DNA of 64,000 bases from an uncultured Nitrososphaerota archaeon. Lineage in GTDB: Archaea; Thermoproteota; Nitrososphaeria; Nitrososphaerales; CADDZS01. Position numbers and translations under genes: made by a program. The DNA lies in NCBI GenBank assembly GCA_963799845.1, contig CAWCYI010000004.1, positions 192,001 to 256,000 of the forward strand, read 5' to 3'. The notes beneath the pieces are model-generated. The model did no database searches. It was given only the letters and a program-made list of their open reading frames with translations, and was not told where the DNA came from. Below, piece by piece: positions 41,922-51,165 of this stretch. Position 1 is the first letter of the stretch; each line of letters opens with the position of its first letter.

Positions 41922-42152
41922 TCAAGAGATGAATTTCTTGGGCCTTCCCATAACTTTTCTGCGCAGTGATTTTTTTCCATTTTGATTTACTCTAGCCGCG
42001 CAGGAATAAGAACAGAATCGAGCAAGGTGAGACTTGTACGGAAATTCTTTCTTGCATTCTGGATTTGCGCAAAAACGAGTACCCAGATATTTTGATCTTC
42101 TTCCGTGCCTATGAGACTCGTACTCGTTTTGTTGATTATCGAATATGCTCAA
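41922..42152 (-). CDS. Small Zn-finger protein (C-x4-C...FCSYSC)
   Basis: FCANPECKKEF...RFCSYSC; basic tail. Confidence 0.6.
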   Translation of the reverse strand: MSIFDNQQNEYESHRHGRRSKYLGTRFCANPECKKEFPYKSHLARFCSYSCAARVNQNGKKSLRRKVMGRPKKFIS

Positions 42153-42168
42153 GTTCTACAACCACGCC

Positions 42169-42498
42169 TTACTTTCTTTTTACGAATCTTCCGCGTTTAT
42201 CGCACCTTACTGTTACGGTCTTTCCCCGTCTCTTGAAGGTGAAAATACCAGAGAAAGGTGCGCCTCGTTCTTCTTTCAATTGCTCTAGTTTTTGCTGTTT
42301 AGTAATCGGGCCTCTTCTGACAGGAATCCCACGCTTTTCGGCTTCGATTCTCAACCCCCTTTCTTGCTGTGCGCTGTTTATCCATCTCTTGCCAGTCCAT
42401 CTAACGAATTGTCTCCTCAGATCGTCGTAATCCTCGTACTCTTTCACTCCCACGGATTCTTCGTACCGTGCAAATAGTGCTGGAAATGTCTCCGTCAA
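42169..42498 (-). CDS. Highly basic hypothetical protein (paralogue at 47866-48193)
   Basis: Shared INSAQQERGLRIEAEKRGIP and VTVR.DK.GRFVKR. Confidence 0.75.
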   Translation of the reverse strand: MTETFPALFARYEESVGVKEYEDYDDLRRQFVRWTGKRWINSAQQERGLRIEAEKRGIPVRRGPITKQQKLEQLKEERGAPFSGIFTFKRRGKTVTVRCDKRGRFVKRK

Positions 42499-43007
42499 AT
42501 CTTTTCACCAAACTGCATTACTCTGGGCGCGAATTTCTCTATGCCCGTGGTATAGGTTACTTTCACAATTGTTTTTGGTGGCTCGATGTAGTAAGATCTT
42601 AAGATCGAAACGCACTTTTGTTTGGGTCGATCTATCTTCTTGGAAATGCGAAGAGTAGCAGCTTTTCGCTTGATAGTCCATATCAAAAATCCAATATCTA
42701 TTACCTCTAAGGAATCGACTAGTATCATCAGCATTTTCTTGAAAGTAACTTTATTCCAGCACCAACAATGATAGGAATCGTTCTGTCGTCTTCTATCGGT
42801 TGAAATGTAGATATTGGATAGCTTGTATTTTGCCTGAACCTTTGAAAGTACTGTTTTCAACCTCGATAGCTTCACTCTTTCACAATCCCAGAATATTGCA
42901 TATAGTCCACGTCCTAATTTGTTGGTAATTCCTTCTAGGGTTTGTACGTCCGAGACGGTAAAGAAATAAACTCGGTTATCTATCGTCTTCTTGAATTGGA
43001 ATCTCAT
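42495..43007 (-). CDS. Putative minimal archaeo-eukaryotic primase (AEP)-fold protein
   Basis: Motif I AIFWDCE (D41/E43), motif II ST...SYH (H80), motif III VID (D104) and downstream LR, in AEP order and spacing. Confidence 0.6.
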   Translation of the reverse strand: MRFQFKKTIDNRVYFFTVSDVQTLEGITNKLGRGLYAIFWDCERVKLSRLKTVLSKVQAKYKLSNIYISTDRRRQNDSYHCWCWNKVTFKKMLMILVDSLEVIDIGFLIWTIKRKAATLRISKKIDRPKQKCVSILRSYYIEPPKTIVKVTYTTGIEKFAPRVMQFGEKI

Positions 43008-43168
43008 TTCTTTTCATACCTGATAGTAGGTGTTCCGCATTTACCGCATTGAGGAGTTACCACTGTAAAGCTGTACGGCTTTCCGTTCTTTGATGTTCCT
43101 TCATGTTTTGAGACGTTGTACACGATTGAAGTAATGTCTAGTAGCTGATCGCACTTTGTACAATTCAA
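43004..43168 (-). CDS. 54-aa Zn-ribbon protein (not in the ORF track)
   Basis: TTG start; MNCTKCDQLLDITSIVYNVSKHEGTSKNGKPYSFTVVTPQCGKCGTPTIRYEKK; 4-nt overlaps with both neighbours. Confidence 0.7.
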   Translation of the reverse strand: MNCTKCDQLLDITSIVYNVSKHEGTSKNGKPYSFTVVTPQCGKCGTPTIRYEKK

Positions 43169-43512
43169 TCCTTCTTTTCACTCCCAGGTTTGATGTGATT
43201 CCCGTTAGCATCAGTTGGAAGCTCGCCGTCGTCTTCTACTTCACGTTGATAATGGTTAGGCATTCTGGGCTTGTAGCCTTTGGGCCACTGAATCTGAACG
43301 ATATACCTTATTTCACCTTCAGTAAAGTGTCCTGAGTGTTCTAGTATGTACACTTTCAGAAAACGTTCATCTATCTCGTTAAGGGTACCTCGCAAGGTTC
43401 TTCCTTTTGAAAAAATAATTTCAATATGCTTGCCAATACAGTCCTTGAGGGAATCAACGCGATAACGGGTAGAATCGTATTCGTCTCCAACCCATTCTTT
43501 TTTTCGAGTCAT
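43165..43512 (-). CDS. Sm/Lsm-like protein
   Basis: LKDCIGKHIEIIFSKGRTLRGTLNEIDERFLKVYI matches the Sm1 motif pattern. Confidence 0.55.
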   Translation of the reverse strand: MTRKKEWVGDEYDSTRYRVDSLKDCIGKHIEIIFSKGRTLRGTLNEIDERFLKVYILEHSGHFTEGEIRYIVQIQWPKGYKPRMPNHYQREVEDDGELPTDANGNHIKPGSEKKD

Positions 43513-43718
43513 TTCGTCTTTAACTCCTCGGCCTTCTTCTCCAGCATCCTGATCCAGGAATACTTTATCCGCTTGCCTTTTGTGGAAATTATCGAGTCGT
43601 ACTCTAGTTTCTTAAAAGGAACATCCTCAGAACCTTTTGAATAGTAGTAGATTTTGAGTACCGTCCCTTCCTTTACGGGATTTTCTTCAAACCACTGATC
43701 TACGTCTTGCCAACGCAT
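43509..43718 (-). CDS. Hypothetical protein, first gene of the element's leftward operon
   Basis: ATGA overlap with the next gene. Confidence 0.6.
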   Translation of the reverse strand: MRWQDVDQWFEENPVKEGTVLKIYYYSKGSEDVPFKKLEYDSIISTKGKRIKYSWIRMLEKKAEELKTK

Positions 43719-43784
43719 AATTATTACTCTGATATATCTCTAAGAGAGACAATCGTATATACACTCTAGGCGTATACACGGTCT

Positions 43785-44436
43785 ATGCCACAAAAAGCGT
43801 ATAGACGACAGCCTAGCCCCATAACTTGGAAGTACGGCGATATAGAGATCAAAATTCTTCGTGCCCTTGTAGAAAAGGGCCCGTTATCGGCTCAAAAAAT
43901 CAGTAAAGACCTCGGCATTAGGTACGATACGATTCACGAAAAGCTGAACAAAGTGACTACTTCTGGATGGAATAATAGAAAAGGTAAGAACTGAAACTCC
44001 GGTAGAAGGTGGGAGAGAGTACGTATTCTGGCTAACCTTGAGAGGCGATTTGCTATCTGTCTGTTTGGGTCTAAAATCTGAGGATGTTAAGAAAACTGCG
44101 ATCAATAACAAAATCCCGATTCGAAAATGGATTTCTTTCGCAATGGATTTTATGTCAAGCCTAAGTAACAACAAATCGCGTCTTCGGTACTATCTGTCGT
44201 TAGACGGTGCAATCGACAAACAAATTTCGAATGATGAGGCTATAGAGCAAATTGGAACTATGATTTCTTTTGATAAAGACGCTAAGCGTGCTTTTGCCTC
44301 GGCATTCAAAAAGAACCCAGAGTTTACGAGATTAACAAACGAAAAACTGCAAAAGTTGAAACCCAAGCTCATCAAGGGAATCAATGAGGCCGACTTATCG
44401 AAAAATGTAACTTTTCTTGAGGACGATCAAAATTGA
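43785..44436 (+). CDS. Winged-HTH regulator (frameshift at ~43955)
   Basis: ILRALVEKGPLSAQKISKDLGIRYDTIHEKL continues in the +1 frame as LLLDGIIEKVR...YVFWLTLRG into ORF 44038-44436. Confidence 0.7.
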
Positions 44437-45552
44437 ATCCACTTTACATTAACGAGAAGGTATGTAGTCTCTCAATCGAGAACTTCCATCTCAAAATATG
44501 GAATCCAGAAGAGAAGAGAATAGTACATCTTTTCCGGCCTCGAAAAATTCCGTACGACTCGATCATAATTCAAAGGAATAGAGGCTCTATAAGCTTCGCA
44601 GCTATAGACTGGTTAATGAGACACGCTATTTCTCTCACGATTCTAACGTGGGAAGGGAATATTATGTCTCAATTCTTACCCGAAGCTACAGCTTCACCTT
44701 CGCTAAGAATTGCTCAATATCGAGCATACCTAGACCGAGAAATTCATACTAGAATAGTAAAGTCAATAATTGAAACAAAGATTCGAAGACAGCAAGATTT
44801 TCTAAAGTCTCTATCTCCTTACTTCGATTTAGAAATCCCAGGGTTCAAACCAATTAGCACTTTGAGTTTAGACTTCATGCGAAATATTGAAGCTAGATAT
44901 GCCGAAGAATATTTCACTCAGTACGGAAAAATCTGTAACACTTTAGGATATGAGTTTGAAAACCGTTCGAGACACTCAAACCAACACGCAAACGATCTAG
45001 TAAATTCTCTCCTCAATTATGGATATGCAATCTTGAAAGTGTACGTTCGAAGAGCTATAAACTCTGTAGGCTTTGACAATACTATTTCTTTTGTCCATTA
45101 TCTCAGCAAAGGAGAAAGCTCTCTAACTTATGATTTGATGGAACTTTGGCGTACGAATATCGATCACGCTGTACTTCAATCACTCGAAGAAATGAAAAAG
45201 ACTAAGGGCCGTAAATTTGGTTTTACGGATAGGTACGACGTTGAAATTACTTCTGATACTGCTAAGCTTCTTTTCGAAAAGATACGATTGAATCTAAGCC
45301 TTGAAGAGATAATTATCAATTCGAGAAAACTGGCAAAATATTTTCTTCGAGAGAATAGAAATCTCAGTTTCAAGCTTAAACCCGTTCAGACTAGAAGAAA
45401 AGATACTATCCTCAGCTAAAGATTTTATTAAGACAAAATCATTCCGAGAACTAGGAATGAATAAGTCAACTCTGTGGTACCAAAAGAGAAGACTGGAAGA
45501 GACTGGCTCTATACGAATTTACAATAAGACTAGACAGTATTTTGTAAAGTGA
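44433..45552 (+). CDS. cas1: Casposase (solo Cas1); C-terminal HTH lies in the +1 frame after ~45410
   Basis: NIEARYAEEYF, NSLLNYGY, FVHY and LTYDLME; +1 frame 45418-45552 reads KDFIKTKSFRELGMNKSTLWYQKRRL...RIYNKTRQYFVK, homologous to the tail of Cas1 at 10678. Confidence 0.9.
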
Positions 45553-45581
45553 TTTGCTAACTGATCACTGAATAAGCCGAC

Positions 45582-46520
45582 CTATTGAGCTATAAGCGAA
45601 CCTTCTACAGATCCCCCGTTATCTAAGTCGATAACGTAGGTGTAGACTTTTCCCTGCGTTATGGAGATTTGCTCCCCGTTTGTAACAGGATAAAACGTGA
45701 AAGAGCTAACTGAACTTCCTTTCAATATTCCGCAATCCGTACAAGCAGCTGTGTGATCGGATTGGAAAATGATAAGGTTCGAGTTGCTAGTCGCAGCTGA
45801 GTTATTATCCCATGAGCTTGAGACACCATACAAAGAAACTCCAGTAATATAGCTAGGTGCTCCAAAATTATCTATAGATATGGCAAAATAAGATGAAGCT
45901 GCGAGAGTAGAATTTGCTGTCAGTCCACCGTAAAGTGTAGCTGAATAGAGAGTTGACCCGCTTGGGGGAGTGTAAGTAAAGGAGTAAGTCTTCCCATCTG
46001 GATAAAGAATGCTAAGAATAACGTCAGAATAAGCTGGAACATTACTAGGGGTTGATCCGGTACAATCAAAACTATACTGAGGTAGAATTGTCCCGTCGAA
46101 TGTACAAGTAGTCTGGCCATATACAGCGGTACCATTTCCGAAGTAAATTTCTATCGTTCCACCTGAGACGATAGTGTCCCCAGTATTCGTAAATGTAATC
46201 GAATATCCTGAACCTGAACAAGAATCATCTACGCTCACGCATGAAGACTCATACGTCATATTGAGAGGCGGTAAATTTGGATCGGTATGAAACTGCGTTG
46301 TAATAGCAGAGTGGGAATTCTCTGAAGTAGTGGTTATTCGCGAAGATACTGAGGCAATAGTTGATGAAAAAACTGTTGAAGTAATTTGACTTACAGAAGG
46401 TATTGGAGAGGTTGTTAGTGCGATTGAAGTATAGGTATATGAAAGATAAAGATAACCGCCTATTACAACCCAAACTGCCAAGACAGAAACAGCAATTACG
46501 ATATGCTTCTTGCTTGGCAA
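45582..46520 (-). CDS. Secreted/surface Ser/Thr-rich passenger protein
   Basis: N-terminal TM, S/T linker, beta-rich domains. Confidence 0.7.
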   Translation of the reverse strand: MPSKKHIVIAVSVLAVWVVIGGYLYLSYTYTSIALTTSPIPSVSQITSTVFSSTIASVSSRITTTSENSHSAITTQFHTDPNLPPLNMTYESSCVSVDDSCSGSGYSITFTNTGDTIVSGGTIEIYFGNGTAVYGQTTCTFDGTILPQYSFDCTGSTPSNVPAYSDVILSILYPDGKTYSFTYTPPSGSTLYSATLYGGLTANSTLAASSYFAISIDNFGAPSYITGVSLYGVSSSWDNNSAATSNSNLIIFQSDHTAACTDCGILKGSSVSSFTFYPVTNGEQISITQGKVYTYVIDLDNGGSVEGSLIAQ

Positions 46521-46644
46521 TTTCTCTAAAACAGTCTTAATGCAAATTTTTGAATATCTTTTATGAATCCAGCATTAAGATGTGATATTCAAGTAGCTCT
46601 AATCTGAATGCGAAATTTGCTTTTTAATTATTCCGAGTTTAGGG

Positions 46645-46771
46645 CATTCTAGATAATATCTCTCTCTGAAGTAGCGAGAGAAGAGAAGAAGAGAAGAGTC
46701 GAGAGAGGACGAGAGTCGCTATAGTAGTAGAAGTAGTAGTATCAGTTGAAGTCGTCCTAGTAAAAAAAAAG
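46645..46771 (-). repeat. Right terminal inverted repeat (127 bp)
   Basis: Reverse complement of 41599-41725. Confidence 0.95.
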
Positions 46772-46784
46772 CCCACCATTTTTA
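46772..46784 (+). repeat. Target-site duplication, right copy
   Basis: CCCACCATTTTTA. Confidence 0.9.
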
Positions 46785-46907
46785 GTTTTTTTTTAACAAA
46801 CCTACTCTCTCTCTTATTCTCTTTTATTTGTAAATGTAAGTAAGTAAATGTAAGTTAGTATCTGCGTATGCGAATGAATGAACGCACACAAAGAGAGTTA
46901 GGGCGAT

Positions 46908-47813
46908 TTAGATGGTCTGTGGATATTCGTCAGTCTGAGTGGACATACTTATACTAGATTTTCGTTTTCTTGTCAAAAACTGGTAAGTAATGACCAGTGC
47001 TACCAATGAGGCTACTAATACAGTAGTGATCACAATGAGCAAATAGACCGAATCTGATGTAAAAATCCATTCATTATACAAACTCGGAGTGGCAATTTGG
47101 GGGAGTATTTGCAGGAGAGTTATGAGGACAACAATGATTCCTGTTTTTATTAGGCTCTGAATGGTATCTATGTCCGTCTTCTCAGTCTTTTTGGGGTCGT
47201 GTTTGGGGTCAGGCCCTAGGGCTAGATCGACAAGTTCGACTAATGTGAGTGATAAGACCACAACAAGTACCAATGCAATTGTATTTGCCGAATTAGTGAT
47301 GATTGTGAGGACTTGAAAATTAAACTGAAACATTTGAACGACAGCAAATCCAATGCTCCTCACTGCAGACCAGATGGCATAGAAACCGACTAGCAAGAAA
47401 ATCGTATTGAGAATGATTGTCTTAGCTCTCTTGCCTGCAAAAGAAACATAGTAATCGAGCGCTGTCTTTGTGCTTTTTCTCAGGACAATGACCGCACTTA
47501 TCAATCCGATTGTTGCAAACAATGACAGCCATGCATCCAAATCAAAACTAAGAAATGATAATTCCTTATGATGGGTTATTGTTGTCGTGGAATGTGTAGC
47601 AACACTTTGGTTTATTGTAACAGTTGTAAGAGTGGTAATTGTTGTATTGACTTGGACACTAGGAGTCAACGAAGAATGAAAACCAGCACTTGCCACAAGT
47701 AAGACAAACAGAACTAAAGAAACAAAAAATAGAACGCCCGCCAATGCAGACATTCGTATTCTTTGTGCATAGGAAGAAATCCTAAGAACAAATTTCAATG
47801 ATTTCTGCATCAA
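46908..47813 (-). CDS. Multi-pass membrane protein (passenger)
   Basis: Several hydrophobic segments and a Thr-rich loop. Confidence 0.65.
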   Translation of the reverse strand: MMQKSLKFVLRISSYAQRIRMSALAGVLFFVSLVLFVLLVASAGFHSSLTPSVQVNTTITTLTTVTINQSVATHSTTTITHHKELSFLSFDLDAWLSLFATIGLISAVIVLRKSTKTALDYYVSFAGKRAKTIILNTIFLLVGFYAIWSAVRSIGFAVVQMFQFNFQVLTIITNSANTIALVLVVVLSLTLVELVDLALGPDPKHDPKKTEKTDIDTIQSLIKTGIIVVLITLLQILPQIATPSLYNEWIFTSDSVYLLIVITTVLVASLVALVITYQFLTRKRKSSISMSTQTDEYPQTI

Positions 47814-47865
47814 TCTTGAGCTGACAATGAAATTGAGATTTTTCTACCTATTATCTATTGGGCTT

Positions 47866-48193
47866 TTACCTCTTCACGAATCGGCCATGCTTATCTCGTC
47901 TTACTGTTACTCTCTTGCCACGTCTAACAAAACTGAATATTCCGCAGAAAGGCTCGCCTCTTTTCTCTCTTAATCTCTCTAACTTTTCTAGTTTGGTTTC
48001 AGGCCTAATTCTGAAAGGAATCCCTCTTTTTTCAGCTTCAATTCTCAAACCTCTTTCTTGCTGTGCGCTGTTAATGCAGCGTTTGCCTGCAAATCTCACG
48101 AAATCCGTTTTAAGATCGGCATAATCTTCGTACTCTTTTTCTCCGACCTTTTCTTCGAACCTCTCAAAGACCGCAGGGAATGTTTTCCGTCAA
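47866..48193 (-). CDS. Paralogue of 42169-42498 (1-nt frameshift just after the TTG start)
   Basis: Restored N-terminus MTETFPAVFERFEEKVGEKEYEDYADL vs MTETFPALFARYEESVGVKEYEDYDDL. Confidence 0.7.
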
Positions 48194-48205
48194 ATTCTTT
48201 CTCTG

Positions 48206-48418
48206 TTAACGGCGCTTGACCACGCTCGGATCGTAATTTATTTTCACCAGATAGCCGAGAAAGTTTGTTGTAACTGTTTGGGCACTCTCGTCTTTTCTGC
48301 CTGCGAATTCTAACGCCGGTGTTGTTTGCTTGAGCTGTCTTGTCAGTTCACTGATTGTTCCTTCGTACTTCACTAATTGTATTCGTTGTTGTACAATTGT
48401 TCTGTTGTATTGTGACAC
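48206..48418 (-). CDS. Hypothetical protein
   Basis: 70-aa ORF co-oriented with the paralogue. Confidence 0.4.
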   Translation of the reverse strand: MSQYNRTIVQQRIQLVKYEGTISELTRQLKQTTPALEFAGRKDESAQTVTTNFLGYLVKINYDPSVVKRR

Positions 48419-48427
48419 TCACAAAAA

Positions 48428-48450
48428 CCGCCCTTTAGTTTTTTGGGCGG
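48428..48450. other. GC hairpin CCGCCC-N11-GGGCGG (terminator/operator-like)
   Basis: Inverted repeat visible in the sequence. Confidence 0.3.
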
Positions 48451-48602
48451 ATTTTCAAGAAGCGACAAAAACTCAGAATCATCGATATCCCTGACAACGA
48501 TTATGAGAATTTGATTTTTGTCAATGACACATAATTTGAGACAAAGACTGGATTTTCGTCATTCGTTAGCGACAGTTTCTGTGAGAATTCACGAAGGATT
48601 TA

Positions 48603-48812
48603 GTGACAACAACTTTGAGAAGCGACAGCTTCATCCTACGTGGCGGAGATCCAAATTTTGCACTAAAGGAAGTAAAGGAATTTATTAATCTCTCTGAACA
48701 AGAACAGGAAAAACGTTTCAGCATTTTCGGAAAGGAGCTTGAGAAACAAGGTCGTGATTCGTCTCACGCGTTTCTTTCCCTCGTACATGATGAACTAACT
48801 GGTAAGGGTTAG
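48603..48812 (+). CDS. Hypothetical protein
   Basis: 69-aa ORF. Confidence 0.35.
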   Translation: MTTTLRSDSFILRGGDPNFALKEVKEFINLSEQEQEKRFSIFGKELEKQGRDSSHAFLSLVHDELTGKG

Positions 48813-49126
48813 AAAGCTGTAGGGCAGACAGAAAACGGGAAGAAAAGGTCTGTGAAAAACGAAAATATCGAAGATGATCGCAGGGAAGCCACAAAGATCA
48901 CGTTGACACCCGTACACTAAGTGTTTAGTTGTTCTCTTGAGGATCTTTAAGGGGACGCGACCATCTAGCTTGAATCGTCGTGCGGAATGTAGGATTTGAA
49001 CCCCAATTTTACTAGTAAGGCATTCTTGGGAAATGGATAGAATGAGATTTGAACCTAATTAGAGCCTCATCACAGAAGTCTCGACTAGGCTTTTATAACA
49101 GCTGAATAGTCATCAAAAATGAGATT

Positions 49127-51043
49127 TTGAAAGTTATATCAAGAAAAGGTTTTTTTGTAATCATTTGTGGCGTTCTACTCCTAACTAACAGTCTGGGAGT
49201 ACTTCTTCCTCGTCTCAATTCGAGCGCAAGTTCAAGTACCGTGCTTCGTATGACCCTCGTTGTTCCTCCGAATAGTATCAATCCGCTTACCCTGACTACA
49301 GGGAATTCTGGCGGGATTCTAATTGGAATGGAGTATTATGGATCTCCAATCGCATCTCCCAACGGTACTTCGGATAATTCCATTGCTGTCACCGACTGGA
49401 TATCTCACAATCAGAATTATACCCAGTGGACATTTAACATAAAACCAGGGATGAAGTGGTCGAATGGCAATAACATAACTTCCGCGGATATCCTTGCGAC
49501 CTTCGGGCCGAATTTCGGATTCAATTCTACCTACGATTACCTCGGCATGGGCTCAGAAGTCACAAACGAGACTGCTCTAAACAGCTCGGCAGTAGTCTTC
49601 ACTTTGAATGCCCCGGATGCGCACTGGTCTGACAAATTCAACTGGGATCTCTACAGCCCCGTCATGCCCGCATCATTTATTCAGCAACAGACTGTTGCAG
49701 GAAGCAACTTTGGTACGAATGTCGTGGCAGGCCCATTCTATACTAGCAACTATCAATCGGGTCAAACGCAGATGGTACTGCTGCGAAATCAGTATTTCCT
49801 GCCGCAGCCAAAAGTAAGTGAAATCGATATCAATTTCGTGGAATCGCTTTCTCTTACCACGAGCATTTTGCAATCTGGATCAACGGACTTGGCTCCAATT
49901 GAACCCTCGAATGCTCAGGCAGTATTGAAGAATCCAAACATCCATCTTTTGGATGAGAAGGGGCTTTACGTGAGTTCTCTTCAGTATAACGATTCGATAT
50001 ACCCCTATAACATGACTAATTTCAGACAAGCGCTTGCATTTGGAATCAACCAGTCTGCCTTCGTGGAACAGGCGCTGAACGGTTACGGTATCACCGGATA
50101 TTCTGCGGAGGGAATTGTCTCGCCTTCTGCAAGTCTGTTGTACAATTCAAAGGAAGCTCAATATGATTTCAACCAGTCAAAATCGCTTTCGCTTCTTAGC
50201 GCAATCGGAATAACCAAGGGTTCAGATGGATTTCTACATTATCCAAATGGAACTGCTGTATCTCTCTCGCTCTGGACTGACACGGACAATACTGAAGACA
50301 CTGTGGGAGCTCCTGTCCTGGTGAATAATCTTCAACAGCTCGGCTTCAAAGTTAATCTTCAAACGACATCAGTTTCAAATATTGTCGGCGACTACTCGAG
50401 CAATACGAACGGGATTAGAAGTGCAATTATTTTAGCAACAACCAATCCGCCAGTTTGGGGCAATGCGTATCTCGATAGTCTCCCTGCATGGGACGTCTAC
50501 TGGCTAGCGACTGTCCCGAATCATTACTGGGAGTACCCGCCGAGCGTGGATGCTGAATACCACGGTAATTACAGCGCATTCCTCGGGACCGCAAATGCAA
50601 CTCTGGATCAGCAATACTTGGACAATATTCAGGCTATGAACGCTCAGTACTTGCCAACAATTGTCCTCGCGTATCCCGATGCGTTGTGGGCTTACAACAC
50701 CCAGTACTGGACAAATTGGCCGACGGGTTACGTCGAGTTTGGAGCTCAGATTATGAATAATACGGCGTTTGTCAACTTGGAACCAGTCGGGGCAATTACT
50801 AGTTCATCATCGCAATCACTATCAAGTACATCATCAAGCTCAACAAGTTCATCAACATACAGTCCGACAACCTCGTCCACACTAGTCACCACGAACCAAT
50901 CTACAACTACGTCAACATCATCAGCCGCAACATCCTCGACTTCGTCCGGACCGAGCTATCTTACTTACGGTGCAATAGCTGCAGTTGTAGTCATCATAGT
51001 CGGAGGCGCGGCGGTATATTTCCTGAGACGAAAACCTAGATGA
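49127..51043 (+). CDS. ABC transporter substrate-binding protein (DppA/OppA family)
   Basis: WTFNIKPGMKWSNGNNITSADI, GPF and FRQALAFGIN; S/T linker with C-terminal TM. Confidence 0.9.
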   Translation: MKVISRKGFFVIICGVLLLTNSLGVLLPRLNSSASSSTVLRMTLVVPPNSINPLTLTTGNSGGILIGMEYYGSPIASPNGTSDNSIAVTDWISHNQNYTQWTFNIKPGMKWSNGNNITSADILATFGPNFGFNSTYDYLGMGSEVTNETALNSSAVVFTLNAPDAHWSDKFNWDLYSPVMPASFIQQQTVAGSNFGTNVVAGPFYTSNYQSGQTQMVLLRNQYFLPQPKVSEIDINFVESLSLTTSILQSGSTDLAPIEPSNAQAVLKNPNIHLLDEKGLYVSSLQYNDSIYPYNMTNFRQALAFGINQSAFVEQALNGYGITGYSAEGIVSPSASLLYNSKEAQYDFNQSKSLSLLSAIGITKGSDGFLHYPNGTAVSLSLWTDTDNTEDTVGAPVLVNNLQQLGFKVNLQTTSVSNIVGDYSSNTNGIRSAIILATTNPPVWGNAYLDSLPAWDVYWLATVPNHYWEYPPSVDAEYHGNYSAFLGTANATLDQQYLDNIQAMNAQYLPTIVLAYPDALWAYNTQYWTNWPTGYVEFGAQIMNNTAFVNLEPVGAITSSSSQSLSSTSSSSTSSSTYSPTTSSTLVTTNQSTTTSTSSAATSSTSSGPSYLTYGAIAAVVVIIVGGAAVYFLRRKPR

Positions 51044-51165
51044 TCTTCTCGGAGATCAGAGCAATAAAGCAGCGCTGAGAAAACGCTACCCCATGGATTC
51101 TTTGATTGGATCCAGCCGCATAATATTCATTTTCTGGAGAGCTATCAAAGTAGGAATAATCAGAA

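Larger units (their letters stand above)
41599..46771. mobile_element. 5173-bp mini-casposon-like element lacking PolB
   Basis: Perfect 127-bp TIRs, 13-bp TSD and a cas1 integrase inside. Confidence 0.92.
46785..48450. mobile_element. Remnant of a related mini-element integrated in tandem (right end not found)
   Basis: Begins G-T9-AAC directly after the TSD (cf. C-T9-AC), CT-rich tract, AATGTAAGT...TTAGGGC as at 41722-41742, and a paralogue of ORF 42169. Confidence 0.65.

Noticed and set aside
10678-45552. CRISPR-Cas adaptation module suggested by two cas1 genes
   Set aside because: No cas2, cas4 or effector genes and no regularly spaced repeat-spacer array were found; the HTH tail, PolB linkage and TIR/TSD point to casposases.
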